The notes beneath the pieces were generated by a model. It was not told the DNA's origin, ran no database searches, and was given only the letters and a program-made list of their open reading frames with translations. From a virus: a stretch of DNA of 64,000 nucleotides. Shown piece after piece: positions 1 to 10,005 of this stretch. Numbering within the stretch: the stretch's first letter is position 1; every line of letters starts with the position of its first letter. A program made the position numbers and the translations under genes. Where the stretch lies: positions 19,490 through 83,489 of the IMG/VR virus record IMGVR_UViG_3300010391_000058; one strand, written 5' to 3'.

Positions 1-2
1 GT

Positions 3-3000
3 TTCGGACAGAGTGTAATACCTCCATGGGCAAAACCAAATAACAGTTTTGGCACCGTACAAAACGGAATTGCCTTGCAGAGAATTATTCTATTGCCAAC
101 AGGATGCGGTAATCCGGCCCCGCTTGGCGTTAAAGATTCTGCCATGAAGCAGGGGGCATATTACTTCGATAGTTGCGCTCACCGGCCATGGATATGGGAT
201 TCAAAAACAAATGTTTGGGATTCTATTCACCTTGGATCAACGGCATCTGGAGGAAGTAATTGGGGCATCCTTGGTAATACCGGAACCAATCCGACAACAC
301 ACTTTGTTGGAACAACTGATTTGCAGGACTTCGTTGGCAGAACAAATAATATTGAAAGGTTCCGGGTGAAAAGTACCGGCAACTTTTGGATGAAGGATAC
401 AGCGAAGGTGAGTAAGATTATGTCGCTACCAATACCAGAGCCCGATTATGAAATTGCAATATTTCCTGATATTCAGAACATGATCGAGCTGCATCAAGCT
501 GATAGTAGAACTATGTTTCAATGGCTGAAGGACAGCGCAGTATATTACAACGTTAAGGCAATGATACAGGTGGGAGATATTACGAATAGAAATACTACTG
601 CCGAATGGGATACATTAACCTCTCAGTTAAATCTTATAGCTGCAACTGATATTATTCCATATAGTTTTGCGGTTGGGAACCATGATTATGGGAACGGCTT
701 TACACCCGCCCCACGGGATGCAACGAATTACAACAATTATCTTGGTGTTGCACACTATACCGGGAAGTCTTTTTATGGAGGTCACTATGGAAGTACTAAT
801 GAAAATTTCTGGATACAATTTAATGCAGGTACGAGAAAATACCTTGTCATGAATTTGGAATTCCTTCCAAGGGATGCAGTTGTTACCTGGGCCGGAGGGA
901 TATTGGATTCAGTTTATACAGCCGATCCAGCAAGGGAGGTCATAATCAATACCCATGCTGTTATTACTACTTATGGGGAGCTTTCTACTGATACCAGCGT
1001 TTATACCGGTGATACTTATGGGATGAGCGCCGATAATAGCGGTCAGGAGCTTTGGGATAAGCTGATAAAGAAAAAGCCAAATATCAAATGGGTTGTATCG
1101 GGGCACTACCTTATACCGAATGTTTGGCCGAAGTACGGCCTGACAGATCGAATAATTGCAACCGGGGAGAATGGCAACCTGATCAATGCAATCTTTGTCA
1201 ATTACCAGGACGATAGTACAAATGGAGACGGTTATTTTCTCCGTTTGAAATTTCACCCATCATTAGGAACGGTTGATGCAAGATATTATTCATCTGTTAA
1301 GAAGGCTGAAGATCCACGAATACAGTATTCACCTCCATTTGCTTTGCAAGATCCAGCTATACATGTAATCACTTCGATGGCGGTTAAGGGGGATGCTGCT
1401 ATCAATGGTGACTTTCGGGTTGCTGGAGAGCTTAAAAATGAGAAGCTTTCAAAAGATGGCATTGCTTATACTGGTGATGATCATATTATTAATAATTCGC
1501 CAAATCTTTTATTCAACTCAGCGCAAGGATTAAGACTTAAAAATCTTAATAAAGATACTGCTACAATTACCATTACAAAAAACCCATTAGATTCAACCAA
1601 TACTCCTTATATAAAATTTGTTTATGGCCCGGCAGGGCAATCATTTCAGATAAGGGGTGGCACTGAGCAAATATTATATGGTGGCTGGAATAATAATATT
1701 TTCATGGGGGATTCGGCTGGCGCAAAAAATAGAGGCGCAGCCAATTCAGGTTATGGCCCTTTTGCTTTAGCAAGAAATATACAAGGAGACAGAAACTTTG
1801 CGGCTGGCCCATATTCACAAAATGTTGCAGTTGGGAGTGATAATACCACAGTCGGTACTTATACAATGTTAGGTATTGTGAATGGTGGAGACAATACAGT
1901 TATGGGAGATTATTCATTGGTTAATGCTACAGGTACAGTAACAGGAAATTCAATTTTTGGAAATGATGCTTGGGGTACTGAAGGAGCTTTAGTTGCCCCT
2001 ACATGGAATACAACTGTTGGTAAAAACATTGCCAGATTTTCCACTGGTTCACCATCATTTAATACTATTGTTGGAGCCAGAAATGCAACAGCTATTCAGG
2101 GTAGCCATAATCTAATATTAGGGCCAGATTCAGGGAATGGCAGTTTTATATTAGGAGATTATAATGTTTTAATTGGTGGAAATAATGCTGCCGGCATTAA
2201 TGGTAAGAGTAAATGGATTCAAATTTCAGATTGTTTTGGAAATATCCGGGCCGTTTGTGATAGTGTAGGTAATTGGGGTATTGGCACGGTTACGCCAACT
2301 ACATTGCTTCATGTGAATGGCGCAAACGGATTCAGATATGTTGATGGTAACCAGGGAGCAGGGAAAATATTGCAATCTGATGCAAATGGTGTCGGAAGTT
2401 GGCAAGCTGCTGCAGGTGGAGCGCCCGGTGGAAGTAATAAACAGGTACAGTTTAATAACAGCAGTGCTTTTGGCGGGGCTACGGGCTTTGAATACCAAGT
2501 TGGAGCATCCCCTAATGTTTTGATCCAGGCTCAAAATGCTGCATATACACCTTTGCAATTGAAGATGGCTGCAAGTCATAGCGGTAGTTCTTTTGAAATT
2601 GTAACCTCAACGGGAACTCCCGTGGTTTCAGTAGATGCAAATGGAACGATAACCGCAAATGGTGTTATCATGGGTCAATATGGAGGTGCCAAAGGTTTTT
2701 CTCTTACTTCGCCCAATGATTTATATTTTGATGCAGGTGTAAGTCATGACGTTCATATTGTAATGGGAACACAGGGGGCACACTATTATTCCAATGGAGG
2801 TGTAACAACTATCATTAGAAATCAATATGGTGGAAACAGTGCTGATTTTGAAATGGGAAGCAATTTACAGATAACTCCAAGTACAGGATATACAGGAATA
2901 GGCGCTGGTGGAACAAAAGATTATTTAAAAGTAATGACAGGTGGTAATATCGGTGCAGGAGTTACAACCCCAACATCTATATTACATACAACCTCTTTTG

Positions 3001-3278
3001 CAACAGGATATGTAGCAAAGACAGCTAATTATACGGCAACAATTTCTGATTACACCATTAATTGTACCAGCGGCACATTTACTGTCACATTGCCAACAGC
3101 GGTTAGCATTACGGGTAGAATCTATGTGATAAAGAATACCGGTGCCGGTACAATAACCATTGCAACAACTTCATCTCAGACAATAGACGGGGCAACAACA
3201 AAGACATTGAATACGCAGTATTCAGGCTACCAGGTACAGTCAGATGGAGCTAATTGGATAATCATTTCAACTTTTTAA
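3..3278 (+). CDS. Tail fibre/spike-like protein with a calcineurin-like metallophosphoesterase domain (5' truncated by window edge)
   Basis: Frame is open from nt 3. Metallophosphoesterase motifs PDIQ, GDI, GNHD, NTH, SGH. Gly/Asn-rich beta-roll segments (NTTVG, GNWGIGT, GNIGAG) and a C-terminal fibre-tip-like domain (TVTLPTA...TIDGATT). Confidence 0.75.
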   Translation, partial: FGQSVIPPWAKPNNSFGTVQNGIALQRIILLPTGCGNPAPLGVKDSAMKQGAYYFDSCAHRPWIWDSKTNVWDSIHLGSTASGGSNWGILGNTGTNPTTHFVGTTDLQDFVGRTNNIERFRVKSTGNFWMKDTAKVSKIMSLPIPEPDYEIAIFPDIQNMIELHQADSRTMFQWLKDSAVYYNVKAMIQVGDITNRNTTAEWDTLTSQLNLIAATDIIPYSFAVGNHDYGNGFTPAPRDATNYNNYLGVAHYTGKSFYGGHYGSTNENFWIQFNAGTRKYLVMNLEFLPRDAVVTWAGGILDSVYTADPAREVIINTHAVITTYGELSTDTSVYTGDTYGMSADNSGQELWDKLIKKKPNIKWVVSGHYLIPNVWPKYGLTDRIIATGENGNLINAIFVNYQDDSTNGDGYFLRLKFHPSLGTVDARYYSSVKKAEDPRIQYSPPFALQDPAIHVITSMAVKGDAAINGDFRVAGELKNEKLSKDGIAYTGDDHIINNSPNLLFNSAQGLRLKNLNKDTATITITKNPLDSTNTPYIKFVYGPAGQSFQIRGGTEQILYGGWNNNIFMGDSAGAKNRGAANSGYGPFALARNIQGDRNFAAGPYSQNVAVGSDNTTVGTYTMLGIVNGGDNTVMGDYSLVNATGTVTGNSIFGNDAWGTEGALVAPTWNTTVGKNIARFSTGSPSFNTIVGARNATAIQGSHNLILGPDSGNGSFILGDYNVLIGGNNAAGINGKSKWIQISDCFGNIRAVCDSVGNWGIGTVTPTTLLHVNGANGFRYVDGNQGAGKILQSDANGVGSWQAAAGGAPGGSNKQVQFNNSSAFGGATGFEYQVGASPNVLIQAQNAAYTPLQLKMAASHSGSSFEIVTSTGTPVVSVDANGTITANGVIMGQYGGAKGFSLTSPNDLYFDAGVSHDVHIVMGTQGAHYYSNGGVTTIIRNQYGGNSADFEMGSNLQITPSTGYTGIGAGGTKDYLKVMTGGNIGAGVTTPTSILHTTSFATGYVAKTANYTATISDYTINCTSGTFTVTLPTAVSITGRIYVIKNTGAGTITIATTSSQTIDGATTKTLNTQYSGYQVQSDGANWIIISTF

Positions 3279-3280
3279 TT

Positions 3281-3580
3281 ATGCAAAACTTTGTAAAACA
3301 GGTAAGCACAGCAACGAGTGGAACGGTAACTATGCCGGACACGAAACAAGATGTTGTTTTAATTCATGATGCAGAAAGTTTGGCGGAAACGCTGACCATG
3401 GCTTTTCCGGCAAACCCGGTGGATGGACAGAGGGTTGTTATTGCCTCAACTCTTGGAGTAACAGAATTGACACTTTCTTCTGCACTTACTATTGTTGGAG
3501 GGCTTTCAGTTATTGCAGCAGGAGGTTGCGCCGGGTATATCTATGAGGCGGGTCAAAATAAGTGGTTTAAGATTTCATAA
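3281..3580 (+). CDS. Small tail-fibre-associated protein
   Basis: ATG at 3281 directly after the fibre gene. The LTMAFPANPVDGQ motif resembles fibre-tip domains. Confidence 0.5.
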   Translation: MQNFVKQVSTATSGTVTMPDTKQDVVLIHDAESLAETLTMAFPANPVDGQRVVIASTLGVTELTLSSALTIVGGLSVIAAGGCAGYIYEAGQNKWFKIS

Positions 3581-3606
3581 AGAATAACGTACTATGTAAT
3601 TCAATA

Positions 3607-3969
3607 ATGAAAAGCTTTTTACATATCGCTGTATTGTTATTCTTTTTTTCTTTTACTGTCTCCGGGCAGCAAGGAGAAAACACGGTAACGATGAAGGAGT
3701 ATATTGACAAGCAGGTGGATATGCTTTTAAAAATATCCGATATCAGATATGATAATATTGAAAGTAATGTTAGAACAGCAAACTCAGCAATGGATAAAAG
3801 AATGGATGGGGTTAATGAGTTCCGAGCACAGCTAAAAGATCAGGTTGCTACATTTCCAACCAGAAAAGAATTGTGGGGATACCTGGTTGCGGTTATTACT
3901 ACCATGATTGCAATTATGAATTTTCTTCAAAAGAAAAAAGAAACAGAAAAAACCAAAGCTCATGAATAA
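3607..3969 (+). CDS. Membrane protein, lysis cassette (holin-like)
   Basis: N-terminal hydrophobic signal, coiled-coil middle, C-terminal TM helix followed by a basic tail. Confidence 0.5.
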   Translation: MKSFLHIAVLLFFFSFTVSGQQGENTVTMKEYIDKQVDMLLKISDIRYDNIESNVRTANSAMDKRMDGVNEFRAQLKDQVATFPTRKELWGYLVAVITTMIAIMNFLQKKKETEKTKAHE

Positions 3970-4447
3970 AGAATCAATCATTGTAATAATTCTTGGCCTG
4001 ATCGGGGTCGCTTATGGCTGTTTGAGAAAGATGGGGAAGCTTCAGGCTGAAGCTGATAGCGCCAATGTAAAGTTCAACCGGAAGATATATTGGACGAAAG
4101 ACCGGATTTCAATTATCAGCTCTGTATTATCAGTTGCGATCTGGTATGCCATATTCGGTGAATGGGCTAAGAAGTACCCAGGGATCATTGATATCAAAAG
4201 AACGCTGTTTGTGGTAGCAGGATATTCCGGAACCTCAATAATCCAGGATGCTTTTGATGGCTTCACCCAAAGCGCAAAAAAGTATATCCGGAGCTATGTA
4301 GATGTAAAGACAAACACAGCTGATATGATGACAGGGGTATCGAAGGCAGCGCCGATTGATAAGGTAATTGAGAAGGGCAATGAAATTACAGGGGCAGACG
4401 TAACGAAGGCCCCGCCTGCTCCAAAAGATGTAGAAACGAAACCTTAA
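3962..4447 (+). CDS. Holin-like membrane protein
   Basis: Two to three hydrophobic segments; overlaps the previous gene; lysis-module context. Confidence 0.5.
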   Translation: MNKESIIVIILGLIGVAYGCLRKMGKLQAEADSANVKFNRKIYWTKDRISIISSVLSVAIWYAIFGEWAKKYPGIIDIKRTLFVVAGYSGTSIIQDAFDGFTQSAKKYIRSYVDVKTNTADMMTGVSKAAPIDKVIEKGNEITGADVTKAPPAPKDVETKP

Positions 4448-4450
4448 CCG

Positions 4451-4621
4451 ATGGAGACAACGAAGCAACAATGGTTGGAGCACTTGATGAAACTAAAAGA
4501 GTATGAAAAGGAATTATATATATGGTTAAAAAAACGAATGAAAAAGGCTGGAGAGGTAATAGTTATTGATGAAAGCAATACGCCTCCGCTGCCTCCAAAA
4601 TCACCGATAGAAACAAAATAG
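4451..4621 (+). CDS. Small hypothetical protein (56 aa, Pro-rich C-terminus)
   Basis: Read by hand: METTKQQWLEHLMKLKEYEKELYIWLKKRMKKAGEVIVIDESNTPPLPPKSPIETK*. Fills the gap between neighbours. Confidence 0.65.
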   Translation: METTKQQWLEHLMKLKEYEKELYIWLKKRMKKAGEVIVIDESNTPPLPPKSPIETK

Positions 4622-4642
4622 TTAACCTTAAACCTAAATGTC

Positions 4643-4834
4643 ATGGCACGCAATCTGTATGTAGTAAAATTCAATGAGACAACGGATCTATTCATGATTC
4701 ATTACGATCCGAATTATTCTCTTTGTGAGTGGGGTGGCCCCAATCACCCGGACGTAATGACCTGGGAAACGCTGGCTGCAGCTCAGCAGGTGGCCGCATC
4801 AATTAACGGAGGCACAGTAGGCACTCCAAAATAA
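4643..4834 (+). CDS. Hypothetical protein
   Basis: ORF with an AT-rich start region, in operon. Confidence 0.65.
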   Translation: MARNLYVVKFNETTDLFMIHYDPNYSLCEWGGPNHPDVMTWETLAAAQQVAASINGGTVGTPK

Positions 4835-4840
4835 TATTGA

Positions 4841-5326
4841 ATGAGAAAGTATAAGAAGGGGTTTATAGTTTATTTCCCGGTTACACTGGTTGCAATCCAG
4901 GTAATGATTAACCTTTTGTCTTTTATAGACAAGGGGCTTTACCTATCAACGGGATTCTATTTGAACATGCTATTTGGCACCAATGTATATTTCGCTTTGT
5001 TTCTGATCATTCTTACATTCAGTATCAAAGCCTGTTCAGTTAGTAAGTGGGCCGCAATAGCCGAATGTGCTTTTGCAGTAAACTATATGGTCATTCAGCA
5101 GGATAACCTTTATAATATTCTATTCCAGGTTATTGTAGGTGTCTTGGCGATCTTTGCAACCTTCTATCATTTCATAAGGAAATTTCCGCTTTGCAGGCTG
5201 AGCTTGCTGGCTAAGTTTTATAAGAAATTAATAAAAAGCGGATGTAATTGGAATAAAGCATTTGAGGCATGGCAGAAAGATTTAGATAATAAACTTGAAA
5301 AACAATACCATGAATTTAAGCATTGA
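4841..5326 (+). CDS. Four-TM membrane protein
   Basis: Four hydrophobic segments. Confidence 0.65.
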   Translation: MRKYKKGFIVYFPVTLVAIQVMINLLSFIDKGLYLSTGFYLNMLFGTNVYFALFLIILTFSIKACSVSKWAAIAECAFAVNYMVIQQDNLYNILFQVIVGVLAIFATFYHFIRKFPLCRLSLLAKFYKKLIKSGCNWNKAFEAWQKDLDNKLEKQYHEFKH

Positions 5327-5519
5327 AACAGTAGTAACCCTACTAACCGGCATCGGCGTTATTGCCGGCATATTTTCATGGTGGCTATCTAAATTTCTTT
5401 CTGACAAAAAAGAAAGCACTGAGTTGCGTATTGAGGTAAAGTATCTGGAGGAAGATGTTCGTAAATTAGAGAGGGATGTTGAGGACTTGAAAAATAAAAA
5501 TAGAAATTCTCACAGATAA
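5310..5519 (+). CDS. Single-TM coiled-coil protein
   Basis: N-terminal TM followed by a heptad-like tail. Confidence 0.6.
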   Translation: MNLSIETVVTLLTGIGVIAGIFSWWLSKFLSDKKESTELRIEVKYLEEDVRKLERDVEDLKNKNRNSHR

Positions 5520-5530
5520 AATAAACTATT

Positions 5531-5986
5531 ATGGCACTTGACCTTGGCAAACTAAATGAGATCCTGAAAACTGTATCTACAAATAAGTGGCTGCTTATAT
5601 GCCTCACGGCAATCACGCTAACCTACTTTGCTACAAAGTTGTTTGGCCCAGGCAAAAGCGATCCGGAGGCAGTAAAGGTGCTGCAAAAGCAGAATGATCA
5701 GTGCTCCACAGAAAAGCAACAGTTTGTGGATTACATTCTGAAGATGAATAATAGCCTCAAAGAGATGGCCGGCCAGCCGACTTCTTTTAATAACATAAAT
5801 TCGGTTGAAGTCACTTTATTGGATGATGATTTCATGTTTGCTGTTTACGATACTACCAAGAAGCCAATGACCAGGAACCAGCAGCAACAACAGCTTTTAA
5901 AATGGATATCCAGCAACGATTCAGTGCTCAGAAGAGCGCATGTTGATTCGCTGAGGCGGGCCGATTCCATAAAAAAGAGGGGGTGA
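5531..5986 (+). CDS. Membrane-anchored protein (possible spanin-like)
   Basis: N-terminal TM and helical soluble part; lysis context. Confidence 0.45.
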   Translation: MALDLGKLNEILKTVSTNKWLLICLTAITLTYFATKLFGPGKSDPEAVKVLQKQNDQCSTEKQQFVDYILKMNNSLKEMAGQPTSFNNINSVEVTLLDDDFMFAVYDTTKKPMTRNQQQQQLLKWISSNDSVLRRAHVDSLRRADSIKKRG

Positions 5987-6059
5987 AATAGATTTGGTGT
6001 GAACGAATTTTCCTATATTTAACTATTCTTACTTTATTTATAATCTATAAAACTTCCTT

Positions 6060-6428
6060 ATGACTGACATTGCAACTCCCATTCCAACATCCCCTGTAAT
6101 TGGTATTGATCATTTAAAATCGGGGTTGAAAACGGTATCTGACTTCAGAAACCAGGTAGCACAAACCAAAAGATTCAACATTCTTGCATTGCTTGGCTTT
6201 GTAGATGATCTGGCTGCCATTGGCGAAACGATCACAGCCTGGAAGGATATCATTGCTGAGGCAAAGGATCTTGACAGCAATGAAAGCAAAGAGCTTGCTA
6301 CCTATGCATTGGAGGTGTTGAAAATACCAGCGACTAAAGTGGCAAAATTCGTTTCCGATGCGTTGCAGTGGTTGATAACAACTATTGACCTGGTAGAACA
6401 AGCCAGGCATTTGAAAGATCCTGCATAA
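6060..6428 (+). CDS. Hypothetical helical protein
   Basis: ORF with typical start context. Confidence 0.65.
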   Translation: MTDIATPIPTSPVIGIDHLKSGLKTVSDFRNQVAQTKRFNILALLGFVDDLAAIGETITAWKDIIAEAKDLDSNESKELATYALEVLKIPATKVAKFVSDALQWLITTIDLVEQARHLKDPA

Positions 6429-7072
6429 TGAAAAATGTAAACTGGTGGAAGATTGGCATTGTTGCTGCCATAGCGGTTGCCCTATTTTGGGGAGGCTGTA
6501 AGTATGACCAGTGGAAAACAAAAAAATCAGTTGGCACAGTAAAGACGGTCACACATGATTCGCTTGTTTACCGGGATACGGGCCGGATAGTTCCTTTCAG
6601 GGTGGATCATTATGCAAAGGGAAAAGATGGCAAGCCATATCCGGTGCATGATACAGTTCCGGGTGTTCCAGAAATAATTATTGAGCCCACCGATACGGCA
6701 GCGATCCTTGCCAGGTATAATGAAACAGCATACTATCATCACCAGGTAGATACGGGCCGCTGGAAGATAACGGTGGATGAATCGGTAACACAAAACAGAA
6801 TTAAAGATTGGTCACTGAAGGCTGTAAGCAGCGATACCACTACAAAAACCACAACGATAATACAGCCCCCAAAAAACTTTGTAGCCTATTTCACATTTTC
6901 CACAATGGGAAATTTCAATAACCCTTTATATGCACAGTCATTGGGGTTGGCTTTAAAATTACCGAATGATAAAGTATATCAGGTGGCAATAGTCAGGGCA
7001 GGCAATCACCGGCCAATGGTACAGGCAACATACTTGGCACCACTTCGAAACCCATTTAGAAAAAGGAAATAA
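6428..7072 (+). CDS. Membrane-anchored or lipoprotein, possible spanin-like
   Basis: Signal/TM ending in LFWGGC; VHDTVP/DTAAIL segments typical of Bacteroidota phage lysis genes. Confidence 0.45.
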   Translation: MKNVNWWKIGIVAAIAVALFWGGCKYDQWKTKKSVGTVKTVTHDSLVYRDTGRIVPFRVDHYAKGKDGKPYPVHDTVPGVPEIIIEPTDTAAILARYNETAYYHHQVDTGRWKITVDESVTQNRIKDWSLKAVSSDTTTKTTTIIQPPKNFVAYFTFSTMGNFNNPLYAQSLGLALKLPNDKVYQVAIVRAGNHRPMVQATYLAPLRNPFRKRK

Positions 7073-7255
7073 CCATGGCAGAGATTCAGATTGAAACCAT
7101 TATGGATATCAATAAGTTTAAAAAGGATTGCAGGCGAATGGTCAAAGTGCTGAAGATCATGAGATGGTTGATAATCTTTAATCATCGGCCATTGTCATGG
7201 CTTATTAAACCGGTTCTAACAATCTGGATGAGATTAACCATAAACAGAGCAATGC

Positions 7256-7945
7256 ATGTCAGAACAATTTGATGGCGTAATAGGATCGCTTGCCTTCGAT
7301 CCGATAGAGATACCGGCGCTGCCGGAGAAATTGCCAGTGCTTAATGTAACCCTGGAGCAGTTCGGGCCTATGACAGAAATAGTGATTGATAATTTCGAAG
7401 GCGGCTATTACAATCCGAACATGCTGAAAAACTTCAAGGCAGCTGATCAGGCATTATTGAAATCATCCGGAGAAACGATGTTTGGCTTGGACAAGAAGGC
7501 CGGAGCCAGTTTGCAGCAATACCCGGAATGGAATCAGTTCTGGAAGATCGTGGATGAGGACAGGGCTAAAAACATTTGGAAGTATAATTACAAGGGCGGG
7601 GGAGTAGCTGCTGAGCTGAAAAGGCTGGCTGCGGCACTGATGTATCGGTGGTTTAGTTACTTAGCCGGCAAGTATATTTTGATATCATCAATGGACGAGA
7701 TAACCAATGACCAGCGGCTTATTATTCATTTTAGTTACGCATGCTGGAATGGAGAATCTTGGTTCAAAAAATATTCTGATGCATTAAATAAAGCCATTTC
7801 AAAATTCAGTGGTAACAAAGATGCAATCTTTGAGGAAGCGATTAAAGCCAGAACACAGGCAACAAATAAATTTGGTCTTCCCAATAGAGCCATAAGACAA
7901 CAAGGAGAGCACATGTTAGCCTTATTCGCCAACCTACATTTATAG
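7256..7945 (+). CDS. Putative endolysin, glycoside hydrolase family 108-like
   Basis: FEGGYYN...GETMFGLD matches the GH108 EGGY...GETxxGI pattern; lysis cassette. Confidence 0.6.
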   Translation: MSEQFDGVIGSLAFDPIEIPALPEKLPVLNVTLEQFGPMTEIVIDNFEGGYYNPNMLKNFKAADQALLKSSGETMFGLDKKAGASLQQYPEWNQFWKIVDEDRAKNIWKYNYKGGGVAAELKRLAAALMYRWFSYLAGKYILISSMDEITNDQRLIIHFSYACWNGESWFKKYSDALNKAISKFSGNKDAIFEEAIKARTQATNKFGLPNRAIRQQGEHMLALFANLHL

Positions 7946-8005
7946 AAAAACCTCACATTTCTGCAAGGCTTTTCATATCTTTATTGTGACTAAACTTTAA
8001 AGATA

Positions 8006-8491
8006 TTGGCAAAGATAATAGTTCATTCAAAAAAATATGGTGAAAAAATTATCCTTATAGATAAGGCTGATTTTGAACAGCTTAAACAATATAGTTGGTA
8101 TGTTGATAAGGTTAAGAATAAATTCTACGCAACCAGAAGTGGATATCCAGGATCGCCAATAAGGATGCATAGGGTTATAATGGGTGTCTCAGACCCTAAA
8201 ATACAAGTTGATCACCGAGATAAAAATGGGCTAAATAATAAAAGAAGCAATCTTAGATTATGCACAAACAGACAAAATAGTTGTAATAAAATTGCTATTA
8301 AAAATAGAACTTCTAAATATCTTGGAGTTTGGTTCAATAAAAGAAAAGGCAGCTGGAAGTGCGAAATAATGAAAGATGGGAAAAAGGTTTATTCTCGATC
8401 ATTTAAAACAGAAGATGAGGCAGCATTAGCATATAACCGAAATGCCCCTAAGTTTCACGGGGAATTTGTAAGCCTAAATATCATTCCATAG
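8006..8491 (+). CDS. HNH homing endonuclease with AP2 domain
   Basis: RMHRVIM...VDHRDKNGLNNKRSNLR (HNH); SKYLGV...EDEAALAYN...HGEF (AP2). Confidence 0.9.
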   Translation: MAKIIVHSKKYGEKIILIDKADFEQLKQYSWYVDKVKNKFYATRSGYPGSPIRMHRVIMGVSDPKIQVDHRDKNGLNNKRSNLRLCTNRQNSCNKIAIKNRTSKYLGVWFNKRKGSWKCEIMKDGKKVYSRSFKTEDEAALAYNRNAPKFHGEFVSLNIIP

Positions 8492-8556
8492 CTCCAGGCA
8501 GCTACCTGCACAAAAATATTTTTGGGTTAAATCAGAAACTCTTTACCTTTAACCTT

Positions 8557-8691
8557 ATGGTATTGTTTATTATTTTCCTTGTACTTGCAGCTTTCACAGG
8601 TGGAATATATCTCGGTAAATATCTTGAAAGAAAAAAGAAGCCGCCTGTAAAAGATGAGCAAGCAGTGAAAATAAATATAGTAGCAGATTAA
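8557..8691 (+). CDS. 44-aa single-TM peptide ending in KINIVAD
   Basis: Read by hand: MVLFIIFLVLAAFTGGIYLGKYLERKKKPPVKDEQAVKINIVAD*. Below the ORF-track size cut-off. Confidence 0.7.
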   Translation: MVLFIIFLVLAAFTGGIYLGKYLERKKKPPVKDEQAVKINIVAD

Positions 8692-8729
8692 ATTTGTCTC
8701 GTATTTTCTAATCAATAAATGTAAATCAA

Positions 8730-9095
8730 ATGAAACTTTTAAAAACCGATTTCACTTCCGGAGACAACGGCTTGCAAAAAAATTATCACATTGAGCCTGT
8801 AACTTCCGAAAACGTTTTGGACACAGTACAGGACGGTTCACAAAACTTTATTACTGTTGATCCCGTTGCCGATGATGCAGATCCAACCGCCAATGTAGTT
8901 GTTGAGACAGTGGCAAAGGTTGTTCCTAACGGAGATGATAAAAACAAATTCGGCCTTGTATGGGTAGGCGAAGGAAATGTAAGGGTGAAGGCGAAGGCCG
9001 ATGCTGATATGGGATCTGAAGTAAAGATCATTACCGGCCAGGCTGATTTTGAGCTGGTGGATGAAGCCACGAAGATCAATATCGTAGCCGACTAA
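8730..9095 (+). CDS. Acidic beta-rich protein (possibly Ig-like) ending in KINIVAD
   Basis: Alternating beta-strand pattern; followed by a terminator. Confidence 0.7.
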   Translation: MKLLKTDFTSGDNGLQKNYHIEPVTSENVLDTVQDGSQNFITVDPVADDADPTANVVVETVAKVVPNGDDKNKFGLVWVGEGNVRVKAKADADMGSEVKIITGQADFELVDEATKINIVAD

Positions 9096-9126
9096 GAATT
9101 TTCATAAAAGTTGGTTTTGGTGAAAG

Positions 9127-9155
9127 AAGCCTTGGGCGAAAGCTCAGGGCTTTTT
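9127..9155 (+). terminator. Intrinsic terminator
   Basis: AAGCCTTGGGC-GAAA-GCTCAGGGCTTTTT. Confidence 0.8.
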
Positions 9156-9297
9156 GTTTTGTCACGCTTCAGGATTTATATATAGGAGGCAAGCCGGACT
9201 ATGCAGCAAGTCAGTATATACTGCATGTGGATAAATAAACTTATAGGTTGACGGCAAAAATGTAACGCTTAGGAGCATTATATAGTTAAAGGACTGT

Positions 9298-9597
9298 ATG
9301 AAAGAGACAAAACACAAACTTACCAGGGATGGCCGGTTATACTACTGGTGCCAGGTAATGAAGGATCAGGGCCGGGAATTATTTTTCAGAAGGGGCAAGG
9401 TTAACATGATCCTGCTCATTGAGGAAGGCGATATTATTTCCGTTGGGATATCCGTTGTAAGCATGCAGGATGCTATTCACCGGTGCCGGGAACGGTTTGG
9501 AATTCGCAACCTGGAGATCATGATAAGGCAGGAAATTAATATGGATGAAGTACGGAGAATTCTTAACCTGCCTGATAATGAAGATGATATTAGTTGA
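9298..9597 (+). CDS. Hypothetical protein
   Basis: ORF track. Confidence 0.5.
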   Translation: MKETKHKLTRDGRLYYWCQVMKDQGRELFFRRGKVNMILLIEEGDIISVGISVVSMQDAIHRCRERFGIRNLEIMIRQEINMDEVRRILNLPDNEDDIS

Positions 9598-9704
9598 ATA
9601 GGAATTATGCAAAAGAGGCATAGGAATTGTGTAATAACTCAATAGTCTTTTTCAATTACATTTGTTTTGTTATTGAATTATTTATAAATAAAACTTTATC
9701 TAAA

Positions 9705-9911
9705 ATGACCGACATTAAAAAACCCGTCCTTTCAAAAGAGGATGCAGAGAAAGCAGAAGCTACAAAGCAAAAAGAAACCGGCAGGATCAAGGGTTTGATT
9801 GATGCTAAGAAAAAAGAACTCAACCTGGCAGTGAACGCAAGTAACACCGATGATGTTGCACGGATCAAAGAGGAAATCGGAAAGCTTGAAGAAGAGATTT
9901 TAAACCTGTAA
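9705..9911 (+). CDS. Small coiled-coil protein
   Basis: ATG at 9705 with an A-rich leader; terminator follows. Confidence 0.65.
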   Translation: MTDIKKPVLSKEDAEKAEATKQKETGRIKGLIDAKKKELNLAVNASNTDDVARIKEEIGKLEEEILNL

Positions 9912-9933
9912 CGGGCCCGGATCAAAAATTTAC

Positions 9934-9961
9934 CCCGCTGCCTTTCCGGAGCGGGTTTTTT
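9934..9961 (+). terminator. Intrinsic terminator
   Basis: CCCGCT...AGCGGG followed by a T run. Confidence 0.7.
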
Positions 9962-10005
9962 GTATATTGCATTGTTAACCCATTTTTACTAACCATTCAA
10001 ACAAA

